Assembly: GCA_964016885.1 (NCBI GenBank)
Contig: OZ024743.1
Span: 134,292,001 to 134,356,000 of the forward strand
Length of the DNA stretch: 64,000 nt
Direction: 5' to 3'
Origin: Eledone cirrhosa
Taxonomy: Eukaryota
Shown here: positions 11,801 through 22,900 of the stretch, piece after piece
How the letters are laid out: each line of letters starts with the position of its first letter
How positions within the stretch are numbered: position 1 is the first letter of the stretch
Translations under genes and position numbers: made by a program
Notes under the pieces: model-generated
What the model saw: only the letters and a program-made list of their open reading frames with translations
What the model was told of the DNA's origin: nothing
Database searches by the model: none

Positions 11801-14800
11801 TTGCTGCTTGGTGTTTGGTGCTTGGTGCTTGGTGTTTGGTGTTTAGTGTTTGGTGCTTGGTGTCTGGTGCTTGGTGTTTGGTGTTTGGTGCTTGGTGTTT
11901 GGTGTTTGGTGATTGGTGCTTGGTGTTTGGTGTTTGCTGCTTGGTGTTTGATGCTTGGTGTTTTGTGTTTGGTGCTTGGTGCTTGGTGTTTGGTGCTTGA
12001 TGTTTGGTGTTTGGTGCTTGGTGTTTGGTGCTTGGTGCTTGGTGCTTGGTGCTTGGTGCTTGGTGCTTGGTGTTAGGTATTTGGTGCTTGGTGCTTGGTG
12101 TTTGGTGCTTGGTGTTTGGTGTTTGCTGTTTGGTGTTTGGTGTTTGCTGTTTGGTGTTTGCTGTTTGGTGTTTGGTGTTTGCTGTTTGGTGTTTGGTCTT
12201 TGGTGCTTTGTGTTTGGTGCTTGGTGTTTGGTGTTTGGTGTTTGGTGCTTGGTGTTTGGTGTTTGGTGCTTGGTGCTTGGTGTTTGGTGTTTAGTGTTTG
12301 GTGCTTGGTGTCTGGTGCTTGGTGTTTGGTGTTTGGTGCTTGGTGTTTGGTGTTTGGTGATTGGTGCTTGGTGTTTGGTGTTTGCTGCTTGGTGTTTGAT
12401 GCTTGGTGCTTGGTGTTTTGTGTTTGGTGCTTGGTGCTTGGTGTTTGGTGCTTGGTTCTTGGTGCTTGGTGTTTGTACTTGGTGCTTGGTGCTTGGTGTT
12501 TGGTTCTTGGTTCTTGGTGTTTGGTACTTGGTGCTTGGTGTTTGGTGTTTGCTGTTTGGTGTTTGGTGTTTGGTGTTTGGTGTTTGCTGTTTGGTGTCTG
12601 CTTTTTGGTGTTTAGTGTTTGCTGTATGGTGTTTGGTGTTTGCTGTTTGGTGTTTGGTCTTTGGTGCTTGGTGTTTGGTGCTCGGTGCTTGGTGTTTGGT
12701 ATTCGGTGCTTGCTGCTTGGTGTTTGGTGCTTGGTGTTTGGTGTTTGGTGTTTGGTGCTTGGTGTCTGGTGCTTGGTGTTTGGTGCTTGGTGTTTGGTGT
12801 TTGGTGCTTGGTGTTTGGTGTTTGGTGTTTGGTGCTTGGTGCTTGGTGTTTGGTGTTTGGTGTTTGGTGCTTGGTGTCTGGTGCTTGGTGTTTGGTGTTT
12901 GGTGCTTGGTGTTTGGTGTTTGGTGTTTGTTGCTTGGTGCTTGGTGCTTGGTGTTTGGTGTTTGGTGTTTGGTGCTTGGTGCTTGGTGTTTGGTGCTTGG
13001 TGCTGAGTGGTTGGTGTTTGGTGCTTGGTGTTTGGTGCTGGGTGCTTGGTTTTTGGTCCTGGGTGCTTGGTGTTTGGTGCTTGGTGCTTGGTGCTTGGTG
13101 TTTGGTGCTTGGTGCTTGGTGTTTGGTGCTTGGTGCTTAGTGTTTGGTGCTAGGTGCTTGGTGTTTGGTGCTTGGTGTTTGGTGCTTGGTGCTTGGTGTT
13201 TGGTGTTTGGTGTTTGGTGCTTGGTGTTTGGTGCTTGGTGCTTGGTGTTTGGTGTTTGGTGCTTGGTGCTTGGTGCATGGTGTTTGGTGTTTGGTGTTTG
13301 GTGCTTGGTGCTTGGTGTTTGGTGCTTGGTGCTGAGTGGTTGGTGTTTGGTGCTTGGTGTTTGGTGCTGGGTGCTTGGTTTTTGGTCCTGGGTGCTTTGT
13401 GCTTGGTGCTTGGTGCTTGGTGCTTGGTGTTTGGTGCTTGGTGCTTGGTGTTTGGTGCTTGGGCTTAGTGTTTGGTGCTAGGTGCTTGGTGTTTGGTGCT
13501 TGGTTTTTTTTTGATTGTTTTTTTTTTGGGTGTTGGGGTTGGGGTTTTTTGATTTTTTTGGTTTGGGCTTTTTTGGTTTGTTTTTTTTTTGGTGCTTGGT
13601 GTTTTTTTTTGGGGTTTGGTGTTTGGTGTTTGGTGTTTGTTGCTTTGGTGTTTGTGTTTGCTTGGTGTTTTCTTGTTTTTTTGTTTTGGTGTTTGTTTGG
13701 TGTTTGTTGTTTTTGGTGTTTGGTGTTTGGCTTGTTTGTTTCTGTTTGGTGTTTTGTTGTTTGGGGTGTTTGTTTGCTGTTTGGTGTTTGGTGTTTGGTG
13801 TTTGGTGTTTGGTGTTTGCTGTATGTTGTTTGCTGTTTGGTGTTTGGTGTTTGGTGTTTGGTGTTTGGTGTTTGGTGTTTGGTGTTTGGTGCTTGGTGTT
13901 TGGTGCTTGGTGCTTGGTGTTTGGTGCCTGGTGCTTGGTGCTTGATGCTTGGTGTTTGGTTTTTGGTGCTTGGTGCTTGGTGCTTGGTCCTTGGTGTTTG
14001 GTGCTGGGTGCTTTGTGTTTGGTGCTTGGTGCTTGGTGCTTGGTGTTTGGTGTTTGCTGCTTGGTGTTTGATGCTTGGTGCTTGGTGCTTGGTGTTTTGT
14101 GTTTGGTGCTTGGTGCTTGGTGTTTGGTGCTTGGTGCTTGGTGCTTGGTGTTTGTACTTGGTGCTTGGTGCTTGGTGTTTGGTTCTTGGTTCTTGGTGTT
14201 TGGTGTTTTCCGTTTGGTGTTTGGTGCTTGGTGTTTGGTGCTTGGTGCTTGGTGTTTGGTGCCTGGTGCTTGGTGCTTGGTGCTTGGTGTTTGGTGTTTG
14301 GTGCTTGGTGCTTGGAGTTTGGTGTTTGGTGCTTGGTGCTTGGTGCTTGGTCCTTGGTGTTTGGTGCAGGGTGCTTTGTGTTTGGTGATTGGTGCTTGGT
14401 GTTTGGTGTTTGCTGCTTGGTGCTTGGTGCTTGGTGTTTCTACTTGGTGCTTGGTGCTTGGTGTTTGGTTCTTGGTTCTTGGTGTTTGGTACTTGGTGCT
14501 TGGTGCTTGGTGCTTGATGTTTGGTGTTTGGTGCTTGGTGTTTGGTGCTTGGTGGTTGGTGCTTGGTGCTTGGTGCTTGGTGTTAGGTATTTGGTGCTTG
14601 GTGCTTGGTGTTTGGTGCTTGGTGTTTGGTGTTTGCTGTTTGGTGTTTGGTGTTTGCTGTTTGGTGTTTGCTGTTTGGTGTTTGGTGTTTGCTGTTTGGT
14701 GTTTGGTCTTTGGTGCTTGGTGTTTGGTGCTTGGTGTTTGGTGTTTGGTGCTTGGTGCTTGGTGCTTGGTGTTTGGTGCTTGTTGCTTGGTGTTTTGTGT

Positions 14801-17800
14801 TTCGTGTTTGGTTTTTGGTGCTTGGTGCTTGGTGCTTGGTCCTTGGTGTTAGGTGCTGGGTGCTTTGTGTTTGGTGCTTGGTGCTTGGTGTTTGGTGTTT
14901 GCTGCTTGGTGCTTGATGCTTGGTGTTTGGTGCTTGGTGCTTGGTGCTTGGTGTTTGTACTTGGTGCTTAGTGCTTGGTGTTTGGTTCTTGGTTCTTGGT
15001 GTTTGGTGCTTGGCATTTGGTGTTTGGTGCTTGGTGCTTGGTGTTTGGTGCTTGGTGCTTGGTGTTTGGTGCCTGGTGCTTGGTGCTTGGTGCTTGGTGT
15101 TTGGAGTTTGGTGTTTGGTGCTTGGTGCTTGGTGCTTGGTCCTTGGTGTTTGGTGCTGGGTGCTTTGTGTTTGGTGATTGGTGCTTGGTGTTTGGTGTTT
15201 GCTGCTTGGTGTTTGATGCTTGGTGCTTGGTGTTTTGTGTTTGGTGCTTGGTGCTTGGTGTTTGGTGCTTGGTGCTTGGTGCTTGGTGTTTGTACTTGGT
15301 GCTTGGTGTTTGGTGTTTGGTTCTTGGTTCTTGGTGTTTGGTACTTGGTGCTTGGTGCTTGGTGCTTGGTGTTAGGTATTTGGTGCTTGGTGCTGAGTGG
15401 TTGGTGTTTGGTGCTTGGTGTTTGTTGCTGTGTGCTTGGTGTTTGGTGCTGGGTGCTTGGTGTTTGGTGCTTGGTGCTTGGTCTTTGGTGCTTGGTGTTT
15501 GGTGCTTGGTGCTTGGTGCTTGGTGTTTGGTGCTTGGTGCTTGGTGTTTGGTGCTTGGTGCTTGGTGTTTGCTGTTTGCTGTTTGGTGTTTGTTGTTTGG
15601 TGTTTGTTGTTTGGTGTTTGCTGTTTGGTGTTTGGTGTTTGCTTTTTGGTGTTTGGTGTTTGCTGTATGTTGTTTGCTGTTTGGTGTTTGGTGTTTGGTG
15701 CCTGGTGCTTGGTGCTTGGTGCTTGGTGTTTGGTGTTTGGTGTTTGGTGCTTGGTGCTTGGTGTTTGGTGCTTGGTGCTTGGTGTTTTGTGTTTCGTGTT
15801 TGGTTTTTGGTGCTTGGTGCTTGGTGCTTGGTCCTTGGTGTTAGGTGCTGGGTGCTTTGTGTTTGGTGCTTGGTGCTTGGTGTTTGGTGTTTGCTGCTTG
15901 GTGCTTGATGCTTGGTGTTTGGTGCTTGGTGCTTGGTGTTTGTACTTGGTGCTTGGTGCTTGGTGTTTGGTTCTTGGTTCTTGGTGTTTGGTGTTTGGCA
16001 TTTGGTGTTTGGTGCTTGGTGCTTGGTGTTTGGTTCTTGGTGCTTGGTGTTTGGTGCCTGGTGCTTGGTGCTTGGTGCTTGGTGTTTGGAGTTTGGTGTT
16101 TGGTGCTTGGTGCTTGGTGCTTGGTCCTTGGTGTTTGGTGCTGGGTGCTTTGTGTTTGGTGATTGGTGCTTGGTGTTTGGTGTTTGCTGCTTGGTGTTTG
16201 ATGCTTGGTGCTTGGTGTTTTGTGTTTGGTGCTTGGTGCTTGGTGTTTGGTGCTTGGTGCTTGGTGCTTGGTGTTTGTACTTGGTGCTTGGTGTTTGGTG
16301 TTTGGTTCTTCGTTCTTGGTGTTTGGTACTTGGTGCTTGGTGCTTGGTGCTTGGTGTTAGGTATTTGGTGCTTGGTGCTTCGTGTTTGGTGCTTGGTGTT
16401 TGCTGTTTGGAGTTTGGTGTTTGGTGTTTGGTTTTGCTGTCTGGTGTCTGCTTTTTGGTGTTTAGTGTTTGCTGTATGGTGTTTGCTGTTTCGTGTTTGG
16501 TGTTTGCTTTTTGGTGTTTGGTCTTTGGTGGTTGGTGTTTGGTGCTTGGTGTTTGGTGTTTGGTGCTTGCTGCTTGGTGTTTGGTGTTTGGTGCTTGGTG
16601 CTTGGTGTTTGGTGTTTAGTGTTTGGTGCTTGGTGTCTGGTGCTTGGTGTTTGGTGTTTGGTGCTTGGTGTTTGGTGTTTGGTGATTGGTGCTTGGTGTT
16701 TGGTGTTTGCTGCTTGGTGTTTGATGCTTGGTGCTTGGTGTTTTGTGTTTGGTGCTTGGTGCTTGGTGTTTGGTGCTTGGTTCTTGGTGCTTGGTGTTTG
16801 TACTTGGTGCTTGGTGCTTGGTGTTTGGTTCTTGGTTCTTGGTGTTTGGTACTTGGTGCTTGGTGTTTGGTGTTTGCTGTTTGGTGTTTGGTGTTTGGTG
16901 TTTGGTGTTTGCTGTTTGGTGTCTGCTTTTTGGTGTTTAGTGTTTGCTGTATGGTGTTTGGTGTTTGCTGTTTGGTGTTTGGTCTTTGGTGCTTGGTGTT
17001 TGGTGCTCGGTGCTTGGTGTTTGGTATTCGGTGCTTGCTGCTTGGTGTTTGGTGCTTGGTGTTTGGTGTTTGGTGTTTGGTGCTTGGTGTCTGGTGCTTG
17101 GTGTTTGGTGCTTGGTGTTTGGTGTTTGGTGCTTGGTGTTTGGTGTTTGGTGTTTGGTGCTTGGTGCTTGGTGTTTGGTGTTTGGTGTTTGGTGCTTGGT
17201 GTCTGGTGCTTGGTGTTTGGTGTTTGGTGCTTGGTGTTTGGTGTTTGGTGTTTGTTGCTTGGTGCTTGGTGCTTGGTGTTTGGTGTTTGGTGTTTGGTGC
17301 TTGGTGCTTGGTGTTTGGTGCTTGGTGCTGAGTGGTTGGTGTTTGGTGCTTGGTGTTTGGTGCTGGGTGCTTGGTTTTTGGTCCTGGGTGCTTGGTGTTT
17401 GGTGCTTGGTGCTTGGTGCTTGGTGTTTGGTGCTTGGTGCTTGGTGTTTGGTGCTTGGTGCTTAGTGTTTGGTGCTAGGTGCTTGGTGTTTGGTGCTTGG
17501 TGTTTGGTGCTTGGTGCTTGGTGTTTGGTGTTTGGTGTTTGGTGCTTGGTGTTTGGTGCTTGGTGCTTGGTGTTTGGTGTTTGGTGCTTGGTGCTTGGTG
17601 CTTGGTGTTTGGTGTTTGGTGTTTGGTGCTTGGTGCTTGGTGTTTGGTGCTTGGTGCTGAGTGGTTGGTGTTTGGTGCTTGGTGTTTGGTGCTGGGTGCT
17701 TGGTTTTTGGTCCTGGGTGCTTTGTGCTTGGTGCTTGGTGCTTGGTGCTTGGTGTTTGGTGCTTGGTGCTTGGTGTTTGGTGCTTGGTGCTTAGTGTTTG

Positions 17801-19900
17801 GTGCTAGGTGCTTGGTGTTTGGTGCTTGGTGTTTGGTGCTTGGTGCTTGGTGTTTGGTGTTTGGTGTTTGGTGCTTGGTGCTTGGTGTTTGCTGTTTGCT
17901 GTTTGGTGTTTGTTGTTTGGTGCTTGTTGTTTGGTGTTTGCTGTTTGGTGTTTGGTGTTTGGTGTTTGGTGTTTGGTGTTTGCTGTATGTTGTTTGCTGT
18001 TTGGTGTTTGGTGTTTGGTGTTTGGTGTTTGGTGCTTGCTGCTTGGTGTTTGGTGTTTGGTGCTTGGTGCTTGGTGTTTGGTGTTTAGTGTTTGGTGCTT
18101 GGTGTCTGGTGCTTGGTGTTTGGTGTTTGGTGCTTGGTGTTTGGTGTTTGCTGCTTGGTGCTTGGTGTTTTGTGTTTGGTGCTTGGTGCTTGGTGTTTGG
18201 TGCTTGGTTCTTGGTGCTTGGTGTTTGTACTTGGTGCTTGGTGCTTGGTGTTTGGTTCTTGGTTCTTGGTGTTTGGTACTTGGTGCTTGGTGTTTGGTGT
18301 TTGCTGTTTGGTGTTTGGTGTTTGGTGTTTGGTGTTTGCTGTTTGGTGTCTGCTTTTTGGTGTTTAGTGTTTGCTGTATGGTGTTTGGTGTTTGCTGTTT
18401 GGTGTTTGGTCTTTGGTGCTTGGTGTTTGGTGCTCGGTGCTTGGTGTTTGGTATTCGGTGCTTGCTGCTTGGTGTTTGGTGCTTGGTGTTTGGTGTTTGG
18501 TGTTTGGTGCTTGGTGTCTGGTGCTTGGTGTTTGGTGCTTGGTGTTTGGTGTTTGGTGCTTGGTGTTTGGTGTTTGGTGTTTGGTGCTTGGTGCTTGGTG
18601 TTTGGTGTTTGGTGTTTGGTGCTTGGTGTCTGGTGCTTGGTGTTTGGTGTTTGGTGCTTGGTGTTTGGTGTTTGGTGTTTGTTGCTTGGTGCTTGGTGCT
18701 TGGTGTTTGGTGTTTGGTGTTTGGTGCTTGGTGCTTGGTGTTTGGTGCTTGGTGCTGAGTGGTTGGTGTTTGGTGCTTGGTGTTTGGTGCTGGGTGCTTG
18801 GTTTTTGGTCCTGGGTGCTTGGTGTTTGGTGCTTGGTGCTTGGTGCTTGGTGTTTGGTGCTTGGTGCTTGGTGTTTGGTGCTTGGTGCTTAGTGTTTGGT
18901 GCTAGGTGCTTGGTGTTTGGTGCTTGGTGTTTGGTGCTTGGTGCTTGGTGTTTGGTGTTTGGTGTTTGGTGCTTGGTGTTTGGTGCTTGGTGCTTGGTGT
19001 TTGGTGTTTGGTGCTTGGTGCTTGGTGCTTGGTGTTTGGTGTTTGGTGTTTGGTGCTTGGTGCTTGGTGTTTGGTGCTTGGTGCTGAGTGGTTGGTGTTT
19101 GGTGCTTGGTGTTTGGTGCTGGGTGCTTGGTTTTTGGTCCTGGGTGCTTTGTGCTTGGTGCTTGGTGCTTGGTGCTTGGTGTTTGGTGCTTGGTGCTTGG
19201 TGTTTGGTGCTTGGTGCTTAGTGTTTGGTGCTAGGTGCTTGGTGTTTGGTGCTTGGTGTTTGGTGCTTGGTGCTTGGTGTTTGGTGTTTGGTGTTTGGTG
19301 CTTGGTGCTTGGTGTTTGCTGTTTGCTGTTTGGTGTTTGTTGTTTGGTGCTTGTTGTTTGGTGTTTGCTGTTTGGTGTTTGGTGTTTGGTTTTTGGTGTT
19401 TGGTGTTTGCTGTATGTTGTTTGCTGTTTGGTGTTTGGTGTTTGGTGTTTGGTGTTTGGTGTTTGGTGTTTGGTGCTTGGTGTTTGGTGCTTGGTGCTTG
19501 GTGTTTGGTGCCTGGTGCTTGGTGCTTGATGCTTGGTGTTTGGTTTTTGGTGCTTGGTGCTTGGTGCTTGGTCCTTGGTGTTTGGTGCTGGGTGCTTTGT
19601 GTTTGGTGCTTGGTGCTTGGTGCTTGGTGTTTGGTGTTTGCTGCTTGGTGTTTGATGCTTGGTGCTTGGTGCTTGGTGTTTTGTGTTTGGTGCTTGGTGC
19701 TTGGTGTTTGGTGCTTGGTGCTTGGTGCTTGGTGTTTGTACTTGGTGCTTGGTGCTTGGTGTTTGGTTCTTGGTTCTTGGTGTTTGGTGTTTTGCGTTTG
19801 GTGTTTGGTGTTTGGTGTTTGGTGCTTGGTGCTTGGTGTTTGGTGCCTGGTGCTTGGTGCTTGGTGCTTGGTGTTTGGTGTTTGGTGCTTGGTGCTTGGA
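5900..19900 (+). repeat. Higher-order duplication in left arm: block ~5.9-10.4 kb recurs at ~15.4-19.9 kb (offset ~9.4 kb)
   Basis: Matching variant-monomer patterns at 5914/15397 (9483), 7048/16469 and 7523/16944 (9421), 8999/18371 and 9853/19225 (9372). Confidence 0.85.
13502..13780 (+). other. Degenerate T/G homopolymer-rich patch interrupting the 7-bp register
   Basis: Runs of 9-10 T and several GGGG runs (e.g. GGTTTTTTTTTGATTGTTTTTTTTTTGGG) replace the monomers. Normal register resumes by ~13780. Confidence 0.9.
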
Positions 19901-22900
19901 GTTTGGTGTTTGGTGCTTGGTGCTTGGTGCTTGGTGTTTGGTGTTTGGTGTTTGGTGCTTGGTGTCTGGTGCTTGGTGTTTGGTGTTTGGTGCTTGGTGT
20001 TTGGTGTTTGGTGTTTGTTGCTTGGTGCTTGGTGCTTGGTGTTTGGTGTTTGGTGTTTGGTGCTTGGTGCTTGGTGTTTGGTGCTTGGTGCTGAGTGGTT
20101 GGTGTTTGGTGCTTGGTGTTTGGTGCTGGGTGCTTGGTTTTTGGTCCTGGGTGCTTGGTGTTTGGTGCTTGGTGCTTGGTGCTTGGTGTTTGGTGCTTGG
20201 TGCTTGGTGTTTGGTGCTTGGTGCTTAGTGTTTGGTGCTAGGTGCTTGGTGTTTGGTGCTTGGTGTTTGGTGCTTGGTGCTTGGTGTTTGGTGTTTGGTG
20301 TTTGGTGCTTGGTGTTTGGTGCTTGGTGCTTGGTGTTTGGTGTTTGGTGCTTGGTGCTTGGTGCTTGGTGTTTGGTGTTTGGTGTTTGGTGCTTGGTGCT
20401 TGGTGTTTGGTGCTTGGTGCTGAGTGGTTGGTGTTTGGTGCTTGGTGTTTGGTGCTGGGTGCTTGGTTTTTGGTCCTGGGTGCTTTGTGCTTGGTGCTTG
20501 GTGCTTGGTGCTTGGTGTTTGGTGCTTGGTGCTTGGTGTTTGGTGCTTGGTGCTTAGTGTTTGGTGCTAGGTGCTTGGTGTTTGGTGCTTGGTGTTTGGT
20601 GCTTGGTGCTTGGTGTTTGGTGTTTGGTGTTTGGTGCTTGGTGCTTGGTGTTTGCTGTTTGCTGTTTGGTGTTTGTTGTTTGGTGCTTGTTGTTTGGTGT
20701 TTGCTGTTTGGTGTTTGGTGTTTGGTTTTTGGTGTTTGGTGTTTGCTGTATGTTGTTTGCTGTTTGGTGTTTGGTGTTTGGTGTTTGGTGTTTGGTGTTT
20801 GGTGTTTGGTGCTTGGTGTTTGGTGCTTGGTGCTTGGTGTTTGGTGCCTGGTGCTTGGTGCTTGATGCTTGGTGTTTGGTTTTTGGTGCTTGGTGCTTGG
20901 TGCTTGGTCCTTGGTGTTTGGTGCTGGGTGCTTTGTGTTTGGTGCTTGGTGATTGGTGCTTGGTGTTTGGTGTTTGCTGCTTGGTGTTTGATGCTTGGTG
21001 CTTGGTGCTTGGTGTTTTGTGTTTGGTGCTTGGTGCTTGGTGTTTGGTGCTTGGTGCTTGGTGCTTGGTGTTTGTACTTGGTGCTTGGTGCTTGGTGTTT
21101 GGTTCTTGGTTCTTGGTGTTTGGTGTTTTGCGTTTGGTGTTTGGTGTTTGGTGTTTGGTGCTTGGTGCTTGGTGTTTGGTGCCTGGTGCTTGGTGCTTGG
21201 TGCTTGGTGTTTGGTGTTTGGTGCTTGGTGCTTGGAGTTTGGTGTTTGGTGCTTGGTGCTTGGTGCTTGGTCCTTGGTGTTTGGTGCAGGGTGCTTTGTG
21301 TTTGGTGATTGGTGCTTGGTGTTTGGTGTTTGCTGCTTGGAGCTTGGTGCTTGGTGTTTCTACTTGGTGCTTGGTGCTTGGTGTTTGGTTCTTGGTTCTT
21401 GGTGTTTGGTACTTGGTGCTTGGTGCTTGGTGCTTGATGTTTGGTGTTTGGTGCTTGGTGTTTGGTGCTTGGTGGTTGGTGCTTGGTGCTTGGTGCTTGG
21501 TGTTAGGTATTTGGTGCTTGGTGCTTGGTGTTTGGTGCTTGGTGTTTGGTGTTTGCTGTTTGGTGTTTGGTGTTTGCTGTTTGGTGTTTGCTGTTTGGTG
21601 TTTGGTGTTTGCTGTTTGGTGTTTGGTCTTTGGTGCTTGGTGTTTGGTGCTTGGTGTTTGGTGTTTGGTGCTTGGTGCTTGGTGCTTGGTGTTTGGTGCT
21701 TGGTGCTTGGTGTTTTGTGTTTCGTGTTTGGTTTTTGGTGCTTGGTGCTTGGTGCTTGGTCCTTGGTGTTAGGTGCTGGGTGCTTTGTGTTTGGTGCTTG
21801 GTGCTTGGTGTTTGGTGTTTGCTGCTTGGTGCTTGATGCTTGGTGTTTGGTGCTTGGTGCTTGGTGCTTGGTGTTTGTACTTGGTGCTTAGTGCTTGGTG
21901 TTTGGTTCTTGGTTCTTGCTCTTTGGTGCTTGGCATTTGGTGTTTGGTGCTTGGTGCTTGGTGTTTGGTGCTTGGTGCTTGGTGTTTGGTGCCTGGTGCT
22001 TGGTGCTTGGTGCTTGGTGTTTGGAGTTTGGTGTTTGGTGCTTGGTGCTTGGTGCTTGGTCCTTGGTGTTTGGTGCTGGGTGCTTTGTGTTTGATGCTTG
22101 GTGCTTGGTGTTTTGTGTTTGGTGTTTGGTGCTTGGTGTTTGGTGCTTGGTGCTTGGTGCTTGGTGTTTGTACTTGGTGCTTGGTGTTTGGTGTTTGGTT
22201 CTTGGTTCTTGGTGTTTGGTACTTGGTGCTTGGTGCTTGGTGCTTGGTGTTAGGTATTTGGTGCTTGGTGCTTCGTGTTTGGTGCTTGGTGTTTGGTGTT
22301 TGCTGTTTGGAGTTTGGTGTTTGGTGTTTGGTTTTGCTGTCTGGTGTCTGCTTTTTGGTGTTTAGTGTTTGCTGTATGGTGTTTGCTGTTTCGTGTTTGG
22401 TGTTTGCTGTTTGGTGTTTGGTCTTTGGGGCTTGGTGTTTGGTGCTTGGTGTTTGGTGTTTGGTGCTTGCTGCTTGGTGTTTGGTGCTTGGTGCTTGGTG
22501 TTTGGTGTTTAGTGTTTGGTGCTTGGTGTCTGGTGCTTGGTGTTTGGTGTTTGGTGCTTGGTGTTTGGTGTTTGGTGATTGGTGCTTGGTGTTTGGTGTT
22601 TCCTGCTTGGTGTTTGATGCTTGGTGCTTGGTGTTTTGTGTTTGGTGCTTGGTGCTTGGTGTTTGGTGCTTGATGTTTGGTGTTTGGTGCTTGGTGTTTG
22701 GTGCTTGGTGCTTGGTGCTTGGTGCTTGGTGCTTGGTGCTTGGTGTTAGGTATTTGGTGCTTGGTGCTTGGTGTTTGGTGCTTGGTGTTTGGTGTTTGCT
22801 GTTTGGTGTTTGGTGTTTGCTGTTTGGTGTTTGCTGTTTGGTGTTTGGTGTTTGCTGTTTGGTGTTTGGTCTTTGGTGCTTTGTGTTTGGTGCTTGGTGT

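Noticed and set aside
13502-13620. Poly(A) tail of a retroelement inserted on the minus strand, or an intrinsic terminator
   Set aside because: There is no element body, target-site duplication or GC stem, and the patch retains degraded heptamers.
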